Assembly (NCBI GenBank): GCA_026394775.1
Contig: JAPLZY010000008.1
Coordinates: forward strand, 53,367 to 117,366
DNA from: Candidatus Zambryskiibacteriota bacterium
Lineage (GTDB): Bacteria > Patescibacteriota > Minisyncoccia > Phycocordibacterales > DATDWN01
DNA length: 64,000 nt
Reading direction: 5' to 3'
Shown: in pieces, positions 29,733 through 40,031 of the stretch
How the letters are laid out: every line of letters begins with the position of its first letter
Position numbering within the stretch: position 1 is the stretch's first letter
Made by a program: the position numbers and the translations under genes
The notes under the pieces: generated by a model
Databases searched by the model: none
What the model was told of the DNA's origin: nothing
What the model saw: the letters and a program-made list of their open reading frames with translations, nothing else

Positions 29733-30955
29733 AAAAAGGTGCCTACTCTAAAGAGGTAATGATTGTTGGAGGAATTTTGGTTCTCGTAGCTATTGTTCTT
29801 TTTGGTTTACCACAGGTTTTCCCTGATACATATACTAACCAAGCTTTGGTGCTCGCCATTAAAGAAGAGAGTAAGGTAGAGGATATACCAGCTCCCCAGG
29901 TGGCGACTCATGTTGCTACTCCTTCTGCGGTTAAAGCAATCTACATGTCACAGTGTGTGGTAGGGACACCGAGTTTTAGAAAAAAGCTCGTTGATTTGGT
30001 GGACACTACTGAACTTAATTCGATCATGATCGACATTAAAGACTTCTCGGGGACTATTGGCTTTAAAACAACAAACCCACTTCTTGCCTCTGCTTCTATG
30101 AAAGGATGTGGAGCATATGATATGAAAGAATTTATCGCGAGCCTTCATGAAAAAAATATTTATGTCATCGGTCGCATTACCGTCTTCCAGGATCCATTTT
30201 ATACAAAAGCATATCCAGAGCAGGCTGTGCAAAGCAAGTCTTCGGGTACACCATGGAAAGACCGTAAAGGGCTTTCATTTATCGATGTCTCAAGCAGGCC
30301 CTATTGGGATGTAGTTGTGGCACTTTCCAAAGAGTCGTATGAGCTTGGTTTTGATGAATTAAATTATGATTACATTCGATATCCGTCTGATGGAAATATG
30401 ACAGATACGTCGTATGTAAACCCTAATAAGCAAGAAGCGCTCGAAACCTTTTTTAAGTATCTTCATGAGAAAGTAAGTCCACTTGGAGTGGTTACCTCTG
30501 CAGACTTGTTTGGCATGACAACAGTCGCATATGACGATATGGGTATAGGGCAGATTCTTGAGCGAGCACTACCATATTTTGATTATATTGCACCTATGGT
30601 CTACCCATCTCATTTTGCAAAAAATTTCAATGGATACGCTGATCCAAATAAAAATGTGTACGGGGTGATTGAGCATTCGATGAGTGAAGCAGTAAAGCGA
30701 ACAGAAGCGACAACAACACGCTTTGCATTTATCGGAGCAGAACCTATTGCATCTACTTCACCAAAGCTTTACAAGAAACCTGCATATCCGCGCACCAAAC
30801 TACGCCCATGGCTTCAAGATTTTAGTTATGGAGGAACCTATGGTCCAAAAGAGGTGAGAGACCAGATACAAGCAACCTATGATGTAGGGCTGACTTCGTG
30901 GATGTTGTGGGCTCCTTCGAATAACTATACAAAGGGTGCTTTGGAATCAATTTAA
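29729..30955 (+). CDS. Putative glycoside hydrolase (DUF4015-like)
   Basis: ELNS..IDIKD, GRI.VFQD, GFDE..YDYIRYP, PMVYPSH, RPWLQDF. Confidence 0.85.
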   Translation: MKKGAYSKEVMIVGGILVLVAIVLFGLPQVFPDTYTNQALVLAIKEESKVEDIPAPQVATHVATPSAVKAIYMSQCVVGTPSFRKKLVDLVDTTELNSIMIDIKDFSGTIGFKTTNPLLASASMKGCGAYDMKEFIASLHEKNIYVIGRITVFQDPFYTKAYPEQAVQSKSSGTPWKDRKGLSFIDVSSRPYWDVVVALSKESYELGFDELNYDYIRYPSDGNMTDTSYVNPNKQEALETFFKYLHEKVSPLGVVTSADLFGMTTVAYDDMGIGQILERALPYFDYIAPMVYPSHFAKNFNGYADPNKNVYGVIEHSMSEAVKRTEATTTRFAFIGAEPIASTSPKLYKKPAYPRTKLRPWLQDFSYGGTYGPKEVRDQIQATYDVGLTSWMLWAPSNNYTKGALESI

Positions 30956-31044
30956 AATTTAAAATTTGAAATTATTTTCTTACCTATACACAGCAACACT
31001 AAGGTGCATTGTGCATACTTTCTATTGTATAATAACTAATAATT

Positions 31045-33264
31045 ATGGACCCTCAAAAAATAACCTATTTTGGTGAGACCGATGCTCGAGGCAAAAAGAT
31101 CAAATTTGGTATCAAGGCCAAAGATCGCCTGAAGCATATGTACATTATCGGGAAAACCGGTATGGGTAAGTCGACTCTTCTTGAAAACTTAGCAATCCAA
31201 GATATTCAAAACGGCGAAGGCTTGGCTTTTGTTGACCCGCACGGAGGTACAGCAGAAAAACTTCTCGAGTATGTCCCTGAGCATCGTGTTAAAGATGTGT
31301 TGTATTTTGCACCTTTTGATATGGAGTACCCGATTTCTTTCAATGTGATGGAAGATATTGGGGCAGACAAAAGACACTTGGTGGTCAACGGTCTCATGTC
31401 TACGTTTGAAAAGATTTGGGTAGATGCGTGGTCTGCACGTATGGCGTATATTTTAAATAACACACTCTTGGCTCTTTTGGAGTACCCGGGCTCTACACTT
31501 CTTGGTGTAAACAAAATGCTTTCTGACAAAGAATACAGAAAGAGAGTGGTAGAAAATATAAAAGATACTTCAGTAAAAGCTTTCTGGGTAGACGAGTTTG
31601 GAAAGTGGACTGAAAAATTTATTGCAGAAGCGATCCCTGCAATCCAAAACAAGGTGGGGCAGTTTACTTCAAACCCGCTTGTTCGAAACCTGTTGGGTCA
31701 ACCGCAGTCATCTTTCGATATTCGAAAGATGATGGATGAGAAAAAGATCCTCATTGTAAACCTTTCAAAAGGTCGTGTGGGTGAAGGTAATGCAAACCTG
31801 ATCGGCTCGATGTTGATCACCAAAATATACCTCGCTGCTATGTCACGTGCAGATGCATCTGAAGCAGACCTCAACAAGCTTCCAAACTTCTACCTCTATG
31901 TAGACGAATTTCAATCTTTTGCCAACAAATCTTTTGCAGATATTTTGTCTGAGGCACGAAAATATAAACTCAATCTGACCATTGCTCACCAGTATATAGA
32001 ACAAATGGAAGAGGAGGTGAGAGACGCGGTTTTTGGTAACGTGGGAACCATGGTTACATTTCGTGTAGGAGCATTTGATGCGGAAGTTTTGGAAAAAGAA
32101 TTTGCTCCTGTGTTTACTGCTGAGGACTTGGTAAACCTTGGCTTTACCCAAATCTATCTGAAGCTCATGATTGACGGAGTTTCTTCGCAACCTTTTTCAG
32201 CTACCACCATGGCTCCTATTGCGCGCCCTGAAGTTTCTTTCAAGGAAGATGTTATCAATGCATCACGTCAACAGTTTGCAAACCCACGTATGGAAGTGGA
32301 AGAAAAGATCTTGAAATTTCATGAGGAAAACAGAGTAGAGTCTGGAGGCCAAAAAATGCAAGAGAGGGGGAGAAGTGACAACAGACCTAATGATCGACAG
32401 GAATTTAGAGGCGAGCGTCGAGATGAACGTCCAAATGACCGAATGAATGATAGGGGAAGTGGAGGTGCTGACCGGTCACATGATAGGCCGATGGATCGCC
32501 CTTTTGAGTCACGAGAAACTCCACGTCCATTTGAGAAAAAATTTGATACTCCGAAGCCTATATATACCGAGGTGCCACCTTTGGGAGTAGAACAAAAACC
32601 AGAAAACCCAAACGAAGATCAAAATAAAATGGCTTTTTTGAAAGTGGCAGAAGAGCTACGACAAAAAGAGTTATTGAAAAATCCTTCCCCAGAAAAAGAA
32701 GTTTCAACACCAGCATTGGAAACTCCTTCTCTACCTGCTCTTGCCTCGACCACATCTTTACCTGTTGTAAAAGCTGAAACAAGACCTGAGCCAGACCCAA
32801 AGCCTGTGGGGGGAAATATGCCTTCGACCAGTGCACCTGTTGTACCAAAAGTGTCTTTACAAGATTTGAAACCAAATCATGAAAAAGCAAAAGTACCAAC
32901 ACAAGAAAATATTTCAAGTCTAAAAAGTGCTCTTTCTTCGGTGCTTGCAAAAGCTGCGGTAGGGCAAAGTAAAGCGCCTGTAGTCCCAATAGCTCCCGTG
33001 AGGCCTGAGCCCGTGTCAGCACCTCTCGTAGCAAAAGTTGTTACCAAAGAGCCTGTAGAGGCTCCAAAGCAAGAACCAGAACGAGTCCAGCCAGTAGTGG
33101 AGACACAGAAGCCAGCACCAGAGGTAAAAGTACCAGAACCACCACAACAGAAAGAAGCGGTAGTCGAGCAGGAAAAACCTAAAGAATATGGTACTGTAAG
33201 CCAAGCTCCCTATGTGAAAGAAGTGCCAGAAGACGTATTACGCACATTGCTTAAAATGGAGTAG
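31045..33264 (+). CDS. TraG/VirD4-like P-loop ATPase with long low-complexity C-terminus
   Basis: HMYIIGKTGMGKS (Walker A), VDPHG, LYVDEFQ (Walker B), SEARKY, AHQY. Confidence 0.88.
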   Translation: MDPQKITYFGETDARGKKIKFGIKAKDRLKHMYIIGKTGMGKSTLLENLAIQDIQNGEGLAFVDPHGGTAEKLLEYVPEHRVKDVLYFAPFDMEYPISFNVMEDIGADKRHLVVNGLMSTFEKIWVDAWSARMAYILNNTLLALLEYPGSTLLGVNKMLSDKEYRKRVVENIKDTSVKAFWVDEFGKWTEKFIAEAIPAIQNKVGQFTSNPLVRNLLGQPQSSFDIRKMMDEKKILIVNLSKGRVGEGNANLIGSMLITKIYLAAMSRADASEADLNKLPNFYLYVDEFQSFANKSFADILSEARKYKLNLTIAHQYIEQMEEEVRDAVFGNVGTMVTFRVGAFDAEVLEKEFAPVFTAEDLVNLGFTQIYLKLMIDGVSSQPFSATTMAPIARPEVSFKEDVINASRQQFANPRMEVEEKILKFHEENRVESGGQKMQERGRSDNRPNDRQEFRGERRDERPNDRMNDRGSGGADRSHDRPMDRPFESRETPRPFEKKFDTPKPIYTEVPPLGVEQKPENPNEDQNKMAFLKVAEELRQKELLKNPSPEKEVSTPALETPSLPALASTTSLPVVKAETRPEPDPKPVGGNMPSTSAPVVPKVSLQDLKPNHEKAKVPTQENISSLKSALSSVLAKAAVGQSKAPVVPIAPVRPEPVSAPLVAKVVTKEPVEAPKQEPERVQPVVETQKPAPEVKVPEPPQQKEAVVEQEKPKEYGTVSQAPYVKEVPEDVLRTLLKME

Positions 33265-33278
33265 GTCGCCTCAATCTT

Positions 33279-34403
33279 ATGAAAAAACGTGCGCTCATAT
33301 ATTCAATAGCTTATTATCCACTGGTTGGTGGGGCTGAAGTCGCGGTAAAAGAAATCACTGACCGAATACCAGAAATTGAGTGGCATATGGTCACTCGCCG
33401 TTTTGACCCTACTCATCCGGCATATGAAATAATTGGAAATGTTCATGTGTATCGAGTAAGTACTCCGAAAATACTTTTCCCGTTTGTTTCTTTTTGGAAA
33501 GGAAGGCAACTGCATAAGAAAAGCCAATTTGATGCGGTATGGAGCATGATGACTTTTGCAGGTTTTCCTGGACTTTTTTTTAAGATATTTTTCCCTAAAG
33601 TTTTTTTTGTACTTTCTTTGCAAGAAGGTACTCCTTTTGCTGACATAAAACGCAAAGTTTTTTTTGTATACCCACTCTTTAGACTTATGTTTAAACAGGC
33701 TGACTGTGTTCAGGTGATCTCACAATTTTTGGCTCAGATGGCGCGTGACATTGGTCGTAAAAAAGAGATTGTGGTTATACCAAATGGTGTTTATATTACA
33801 TTGTTTGGTACAGAGCCGAGTCTACCTCTTGTGCTCAGTCTTGCAGAGAGACTTGTTAAAACTGAAAAGGATATCTATATGGTAACAACCTCAAGACTGA
33901 GTAAGAAAAATGGTATTGATGATGCAATACGAGCGTTGGTATATCTACCAGAGTATGTGAAATTTTTAATTGTCGGAGTAGGGGAAGATGAAGCGAAACT
34001 TCGAGCACTTGCACAGGAAATGGGAGTACGAGAGAGGGTGTGGTTTGCTGGCTTTGTCGATCAAAAAGATATTCCTGTGTTTCTTCGTGTTTCAGATATT
34101 TTTGTGAGAGCTTCTCGTTCGGAAGGTTTTGGTAATTCATTTATTGAAGCAATGGCAGCAGGTCTCCCAGTGATCGCCACGCCTGTCGGAGGGATACCTG
34201 ATTTTATTGATGATAAAGAAACAGGTGTTTTTGCTTGTGCAGACAATCCAAAAAGTATCGCCGAAGCGGTGATGGAAATAGTGCAAAACCCAGAACTTCG
34301 AGAGAAAATAATCCGCCTAGGAAGAGAGCGTGTGCTTAGGCGGTATAGCTGGGACACAGTTGTTTCTCTTATGAAAGAAAAAGTATTCCAGGATTTGCTA
34401 TAA
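33279..34403 (+). CDS. GT4 glycosyltransferase
   Basis: GGAE; SEGFGNSFIEAMAAG. Confidence 0.92.
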   Translation: MKKRALIYSIAYYPLVGGAEVAVKEITDRIPEIEWHMVTRRFDPTHPAYEIIGNVHVYRVSTPKILFPFVSFWKGRQLHKKSQFDAVWSMMTFAGFPGLFFKIFFPKVFFVLSLQEGTPFADIKRKVFFVYPLFRLMFKQADCVQVISQFLAQMARDIGRKKEIVVIPNGVYITLFGTEPSLPLVLSLAERLVKTEKDIYMVTTSRLSKKNGIDDAIRALVYLPEYVKFLIVGVGEDEAKLRALAQEMGVRERVWFAGFVDQKDIPVFLRVSDIFVRASRSEGFGNSFIEAMAAGLPVIATPVGGIPDFIDDKETGVFACADNPKSIAEAVMEIVQNPELREKIIRLGRERVLRRYSWDTVVSLMKEKVFQDLL

Positions 34404-34414
34404 TGGTCCTATCT

Positions 34415-35413
34415 ATGAAAATAGTCATTGCAACACCCTTGTTTCCACCACATATAGGAGGACCAGCCCTTTATGCAGAGCTTTTTTCGCGCACATGGAA
34501 GGCGGCGGGGCATGAGGTGACTGTGGTTTCTAGTGACTCTTTACGTAATATGCCAAGCGGCATACGGCATTTTTTATATGCCTGCAAACTGTTGCCAAGC
34601 ATATTTCGTGCAGATGTGGTCTATGTTCTCGATACATTCAGTGTCGCCATTCCTACTACTATTTTGTGCCATATCCTAAAGAAAAAAATTATTGTCCGAG
34701 TCGGTGGAGATTTCTTGTGGGAGTCATATGTAAACCGTACATATGAAGCAGTATTTCTGTCGGAGTTTTATACAGAAGAAAGAAACTTTACCTTTAAAGA
34801 AAATACAATTTTCGATCTAACAAATTTTGTGTTTGCGTATGCTGATAAAATTGTTTTTTCAACAAACTGGCAAAAAGATATATACCTCGATGCATATACA
34901 CTCGATACGGCAAAAGTGCATGTGGTGGAAAATCTCTATATGCAAAGAACAAAGCGAAATATTGTTCCTAAAAACAGAGTAGTGCTTTCTCCTGCACGTG
35001 ATATTTTTTTAAAAAATAAAAAAGGACTCGAAGAGGCTTTTAAAAATTTAAAAGAGAGATTTTTTGATGCAACACTGGATACAAGCACATCGACACACGA
35101 AGAACTGCTTTCGAGGATTTCTGAAGCATACTGTGTTGTCGTACCTTCTTTTTCTGAAGTAAGTCCAAACTTAGTGCTAGACGCAATCTCTCTCGGGGTC
35201 CCTGTTGTGGTGACAATGGATTGTGGGATAAAAGACCGTCTTGGAGACAGTGTGCTTTGGGTAAATCCAAAAGACCCTCAGTCAATACAAGAGGGTATAG
35301 AGACTCTCATGGATGCACGCACCTACAGTGAATACATGACTCGTATGTCCAAATTTGCCTTTGAGCGAGGAGAAGAAGTGGTGGCCCGAGATTTTTTAAT
35401 ATTAGGATCATGA
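34415..35413 (+). CDS. GT4-like glycosyltransferase
   Basis: PP.IGGPA.YA; EVSPNLVLDA. Confidence 0.82.
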   Translation: MKIVIATPLFPPHIGGPALYAELFSRTWKAAGHEVTVVSSDSLRNMPSGIRHFLYACKLLPSIFRADVVYVLDTFSVAIPTTILCHILKKKIIVRVGGDFLWESYVNRTYEAVFLSEFYTEERNFTFKENTIFDLTNFVFAYADKIVFSTNWQKDIYLDAYTLDTAKVHVVENLYMQRTKRNIVPKNRVVLSPARDIFLKNKKGLEEAFKNLKERFFDATLDTSTSTHEELLSRISEAYCVVVPSFSEVSPNLVLDAISLGVPVVVTMDCGIKDRLGDSVLWVNPKDPQSIQEGIETLMDARTYSEYMTRMSKFAFERGEEVVARDFLILGS

Positions 35414-36540
35414 TACAAGTACTTTCAATCGGAACAGATAGAAAAATGTTTGAAGAAAAAAGCGCAGTCTCTCTGCGTGCGATGTTGTATGGAAAAAAAG
35501 CAGGACACATGTCTGTCATTGTATTTTCACTCGCATCACTCGGGCTTTCTAAAAAAGTGCTTTCGCCTGAAGTCACCGTGTACCCAACCAATTCTTCAAG
35601 CAGACTCGGGTATGTGTTTGACGCCATTCGTATCGGTAAAGAGATTATAAAAAATGAAAAATTTGTCAGAGGTCAGAGCGTGGTCACATGTCAAGATCCG
35701 TTTGAGTGTGGTTTGGTGGGTTGGCGTATTAGCCGATACTTTAGATTGCCACTTCATCTACAGCTACATACAGATTTTTTGAGTCCATATTTTAAAACAT
35801 CGTTTCTCCAAACTCTCCGAGTTATTTTGGGGCGTTTTTTGCTCCCAAGAGCATCTGGAGTGCGGGTGGTATCAAAACATATTGCCGAGTCTTTGGTGAG
35901 AAATAACATACATCTGAAACATAACCCTGATGTATTGCCTATACGGGTGAGTATAAAACCAGATGAAGTACAAAAAATACCAGATTTTTTTCCTCAGTTT
36001 AATTTTGTTATTTTGGTTGCGTCTCGCCTAGAAAAAGAAAAACGTATACAAGACGCCATCAATGCATTTGCTTCTGTGGTTAAACAATTTCCCAAAGCAG
36101 GGCTCTTGATAGCAGGCTCTGGGTCACAAGAATCTGCATTAAAATCCCAGGTTAGTTCTCTTGGACTATCTTCATCAGTAGTTTTTCTGGGCTGGGTCGA
36201 GTCTGTAGCTTCATATATCAAATCCGCTGATGTGTTTTTATCTACCTCAGAATACGAAGGGTATGGTATGTCAGTTGTAGAAGCCGGACTCCTCGGTACG
36301 CCGGTAGTGACCACAAAAGTAGGTCTGGCAGGTGAGATACTAATAGACAAAGTAAACTCGTTTGTCTGTCCGGTAGGTGATACACTATGTATTACACGTT
36401 CTTTAGTTGAGCTTATTGCTCACAACGAAAAACGCAATATTTTGTCTCAAGCACTACAAAGCGATGTGAGGAAGACGATACCCACAGAAGAGTCGTATGT
36501 GGATGCATTTGTGCATAGTTTCCAAAAAACATTACAATAA
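35410..36540 (+). CDS. GT4 glycosyltransferase
   Basis: SRLEKEK; EGYGMSVVEA. Confidence 0.9.
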   Translation: MIQVLSIGTDRKMFEEKSAVSLRAMLYGKKAGHMSVIVFSLASLGLSKKVLSPEVTVYPTNSSSRLGYVFDAIRIGKEIIKNEKFVRGQSVVTCQDPFECGLVGWRISRYFRLPLHLQLHTDFLSPYFKTSFLQTLRVILGRFLLPRASGVRVVSKHIAESLVRNNIHLKHNPDVLPIRVSIKPDEVQKIPDFFPQFNFVILVASRLEKEKRIQDAINAFASVVKQFPKAGLLIAGSGSQESALKSQVSSLGLSSSVVFLGWVESVASYIKSADVFLSTSEYEGYGMSVVEAGLLGTPVVTTKVGLAGEILIDKVNSFVCPVGDTLCITRSLVELIAHNEKRNILSQALQSDVRKTIPTEESYVDAFVHSFQKTLQ

Positions 36541-36546
36541 TTCTTT

Positions 36547-36963
36547 ATGAAAAGATTTACAAAACATTTGATTGTACGTTATATAATAGCCGGAGGCACG
36601 AGCGCAGCTGTAAACTTGGGGCTACTTTCTCTTTTGTACTACGTGTTTGATATCTATTACCTCTACGCATCTATTTTTTCATCAGTGGTTGCTTTCTTTG
36701 TAAGTCTTACATTGCATAAATTTTGGACATTCCAAGATTATTCTCGTAAAGATATTTATACCCAAATCGGTAAATACAGCATGACTTCACTTTTTGGTCT
36801 TTTATTGAACACGACACTTCTCTATGTGTTTGTAGACCACTTTCACTTTTTCGTATACTTCAGTCAGATTTTGGCCGGTGGTTTAGTAGCAGGTATCACT
36901 TTTTTTATTTCGCGAAGCCTTGTCTTTAAAGGCAAAACAGATTTGTTTAGTTTTAATATATAA
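36547..36963 (+). CDS. GtrA family flippase-like protein
   Basis: RYIIAGG, HKFWTF, 4 TM. Confidence 0.88.
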   Translation: MKRFTKHLIVRYIIAGGTSAAVNLGLLSLLYYVFDIYYLYASIFSSVVAFFVSLTLHKFWTFQDYSRKDIYTQIGKYSMTSLFGLLLNTTLLYVFVDHFHFFVYFSQILAGGLVAGITFFISRSLVFKGKTDLFSFNI

Positions 36964-36969
36964 ATATAT

Positions 36970-37920
36970 ATGAAAATTTTTATTACTGGTATTGCGGGTG
37001 CGATCGGGTCTCATATGGCAGAGCGCTTGTTGGCAGAGGGACATGAGGTTGTCGGTGTCGATGCTCTCACACCTTACTATTCGCCGGACATAAAGAAGAT
37101 AAATATTTCTGACATAGAGGCAAAAGGCGCAAAAGTTTTTATCAAAGATCTTGTTGTGGATGATCTTGGCGCCTTACTTGAAGGTGTTGAATATATTTTT
37201 CACTTTGCCGCTCAACCAGGTATTTCAGCTTCTACTGCTTTCGATGAATATGTTCGTAATAATATTGTGGCAACAGAAAAATTACTTCACGTGGCACAAA
37301 ATCTGCCCACCCTCAAAGGTTTTATTCATGCATCCACCTCTTCAGTATATGGATCTTTTGCGGGAGGAGATGAAGAGACTGTGCCTCAACCAACCTCGTA
37401 TTATGGAGTAACAAAGCTGGCCGCAGAGCAACTCGCTTTGTCATATGGTCGAAACAAAGGGCTTCCTGTTTCTGTTCTTCGTTTCTTTTCTGTATATGGT
37501 GAACGAGAGAGACCAGAAAAACTTTACCACAAGCTCATCAAGGCAGTACTCGAAGACAAAGAGTTTAGTATATATGAAGGTGCAGAAAAACATATCAGAA
37601 GTTATACATATGTAAGCGACATCATAGATGGGTGCATGCTCGTGCTCAATGATTTCCAAAAAGCAAAAGGACAGATTTTTAATCTCGGAAATGACACGAC
37701 CATGACTACAGGCGAGGGGATAGATTTAATAGAAGAAATTATTGGGAAAAAAGTAAAACGTGTCGTGCTTCCTCCACGTTCAGGAGATCAGCTGGAAACT
37801 TCTGCAAATATTACAAAAATGCGAAAGACTTTTGGGTATAATCCAAAGGTGCAGTTAAAGGAAGGTTTGGAGGCGGAAGTCTTGTGGTTTAAATATAAGA
37901 TTTGGAATAAGGGTATTTAA
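36970..37920 (+). CDS. NAD-dependent epimerase/dehydratase (UDP-glucuronate epimerase-like)
   Basis: TGIAGAIG, STSSVYG, YGVTK, RFFSVYG. Confidence 0.92.
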   Translation: MKIFITGIAGAIGSHMAERLLAEGHEVVGVDALTPYYSPDIKKINISDIEAKGAKVFIKDLVVDDLGALLEGVEYIFHFAAQPGISASTAFDEYVRNNIVATEKLLHVAQNLPTLKGFIHASTSSVYGSFAGGDEETVPQPTSYYGVTKLAAEQLALSYGRNKGLPVSVLRFFSVYGERERPEKLYHKLIKAVLEDKEFSIYEGAEKHIRSYTYVSDIIDGCMLVLNDFQKAKGQIFNLGNDTTMTTGEGIDLIEEIIGKKVKRVVLPPRSGDQLETSANITKMRKTFGYNPKVQLKEGLEAEVLWFKYKIWNKGI

Positions 37921-38943
37921 ATGAGCACAGAAAAACTCTCCATCGTCATCGCAACAGGTATATATCCTCCAGAGCTTGGTGGGCCAGCAGAGTATGCAAA
38001 AAATTTAGCGCATGTGTGGAGAGCTGGAGGGCATAGTGTGCATGTAGAGGTCTTTAGTCGCTTTAACAATCTTTTGACAGGGGTTCGTCATTGTGTATAT
38101 TTTATTACTCTTTTTAAGAGTGTACGCAATGCCGATTTTGTGTATATTCTCGATACATTTAGTGCTGCACTTCCTGCACTTGTTATGTCAAAAATACTTG
38201 GTAAAACTACAATTTTACGCACGGGTGGGGATTTCCTTTGGGAAGGGTATGTAGAGCGGACAGGGGATTTGGTGTTGTTGAAAGATTTTTATACAAAACA
38301 CACACATCCATTTTCACTAAAAGAGAAAATAATTTTTACACTTATTAAGTGCATTCTGCAGCACGTTGACCTTGTTGTATGGAGTACAGCTTGGCAGAAA
38401 GATATTTTTGTAGAGCCCTATGGACTTCAGAAACAGAGGTGTGAAATTATTGAAAATTATTATGGTGAGCGATATGAATATGTCCCTTTTCAAAATAAAA
38501 ATTTCGTTGGAGGAACACGTGTGTTGAAATGGAAAAATTTAGCTATATTGAATGAGGTCTTTCAAGACACAGACGTTCTTGTTTCGGGAGCAAAACTCGA
38601 TCTAGAAAGAATGCCACATGCAGAGTTTTTAGAAAAAATAAAACAATCATACGCGGTTATTATCCCGTCTCTTGGCGATATTAGCCCAAACACTATTCTC
38701 GATGCAATTCGTTGTCAAAAACCTTTTATCGTAACAAGAGAAACTGGTCTATATGAACGCATCGCCCCGATTGCTCTTTTCGTAGACCCAAAAAACCCCG
38801 ATGATATAAAAGAAAAAGTGCTCTGGCTTTCAGACGAAGAAAATTATAAAAACCAATGTGCTAAAATAAAAGCATATACACATACACATAGTTGGGAAGA
38901 GATCGCAAAAGAATATGAAGAAGCGTATTTAAAAATTAAATGA
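37921..38943 (+). CDS. GT4-like glycosyltransferase (paralog of 34415-35413)
   Basis: PP.LGGPA.YA, GGDFLWE.YV.RT, DISPN.ILDA. Confidence 0.82.
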   Translation: MSTEKLSIVIATGIYPPELGGPAEYAKNLAHVWRAGGHSVHVEVFSRFNNLLTGVRHCVYFITLFKSVRNADFVYILDTFSAALPALVMSKILGKTTILRTGGDFLWEGYVERTGDLVLLKDFYTKHTHPFSLKEKIIFTLIKCILQHVDLVVWSTAWQKDIFVEPYGLQKQRCEIIENYYGERYEYVPFQNKNFVGGTRVLKWKNLAILNEVFQDTDVLVSGAKLDLERMPHAEFLEKIKQSYAVIIPSLGDISPNTILDAIRCQKPFIVTRETGLYERIAPIALFVDPKNPDDIKEKVLWLSDEENYKNQCAKIKAYTHTHSWEEIAKEYEEAYLKIK

Positions 38944-40031
38944 AAATTCTTGTTATAACACAAACTGTCGATATTCATAGCACCACTCTTGGTTTTTTCA
39001 CGCGCTGGATAGAGGAGTTTTCAAAGCGCTTTGAGACAGTTGAGGTGGTATGTCTTTTGGAAGGAAAGTGTGTGCTTCCTACAAATGTTCGAGTTCACTC
39101 GCTCGGAAAAGAGGAGCTAGAAGGAATAGGTCACCTACCTGCGCAGGCAGGGATGTCAGAAGTTAGAAAAAAGATACAGTATATAATTAAATTCTATTCA
39201 TATATTTGGAAGTATCGAAATGAATATGATGCTGTGTTTGTACACATGAACCAAGAGTACATAGTGCTCGGTGGATTTTTATGGAAACTTCTTAGTAAGA
39301 AAATATTTTTCTGGAGAAATCATCCATACGGAAATACGTGGACACGCATAGCAGTGTGGTTTTCAGACATGGTGTTTTGTACAGCAGATAAATCTTTTAC
39401 TGCATCGTATAAAAAAACAAAGCTCATGCCAGCAGGTGTGGACACAGGAATATTTACCATTGATCCTAATGTTACAAGAGAGAAAAATTCACTGCTTTGT
39501 TTTGGGCGGATCGCTCCGGTAAAACGTATAGAGAGAGCTATCGACCTGACCGCTACCTTGTTGGCAAAAGGCATATCGGTGACTCTTTCTGTTGTAGGAG
39601 ACGCTCTTCCGAGAGATGCGGTATATGTCGAGGAGCTGAAAAAACGCGTAATGGAGGCCAAAATAGAGCCCGCAGTGCACTTTGTGAGAGGTGTAGACTT
39701 CATACGTGCCCCAGAGGCTTACCAAAGCCACGAGGTACTTTTAAACTTTACTGACTCAGGGAGTTTTGACAAAACAGTGATCGAAGCCCTGGCTTGTGGG
39801 GCAAAAGTGCTCGTCTCCAATACCTCAATGAAAGACATCCTCCCTCAAGGTTCTTTCACACCTGGGGACATAGAAGATGTCCAGGAAAAAATAAAAAATC
39901 TACTATCTTTAAATGGTGTTGAAAGTGCTCAATATGAAAACATGGCAAAGGAGTTGGTGGAAAAGCAAAGCCTTAAAGTCCTCATGGATAGATTGGCTTC
40001 ATATATTTCTAACTCAAAAATTTCTCTTTAA
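38940..40031 (+). CDS. GT4 glycosyltransferase
   Basis: GRIAPVK; GSFDKTVIEALACG. Confidence 0.88.
   Translation: MKILVITQTVDIHSTTLGFFTRWIEEFSKRFETVEVVCLLEGKCVLPTNVRVHSLGKEELEGIGHLPAQAGMSEVRKKIQYIIKFYSYIWKYRNEYDAVFVHMNQEYIVLGGFLWKLLSKKIFFWRNHPYGNTWTRIAVWFSDMVFCTADKSFTASYKKTKLMPAGVDTGIFTIDPNVTREKNSLLCFGRIAPVKRIERAIDLTATLLAKGISVTLSVVGDALPRDAVYVEELKKRVMEAKIEPAVHFVRGVDFIRAPEAYQSHEVLLNFTDSGSFDKTVIEALACGAKVLVSNTSMKDILPQGSFTPGDIEDVQEKIKNLLSLNGVESAQYENMAKELVEKQSLKVLMDRLASYISNSKISL
39134..39151. repeat. 18-bp GC palindrome in frame within a glycosyltransferase
   Basis: CCTACCTGCGCAGGCAGG (one mismatch from perfect), read as LPAQAG. Confidence 0.6.

Noticed and set aside
34415-38943. Two similar GT4-like genes as a recent duplication
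   Set aside because: Shared motifs but clearly diverged sequence; ordinary paralogy in a glycan locus.
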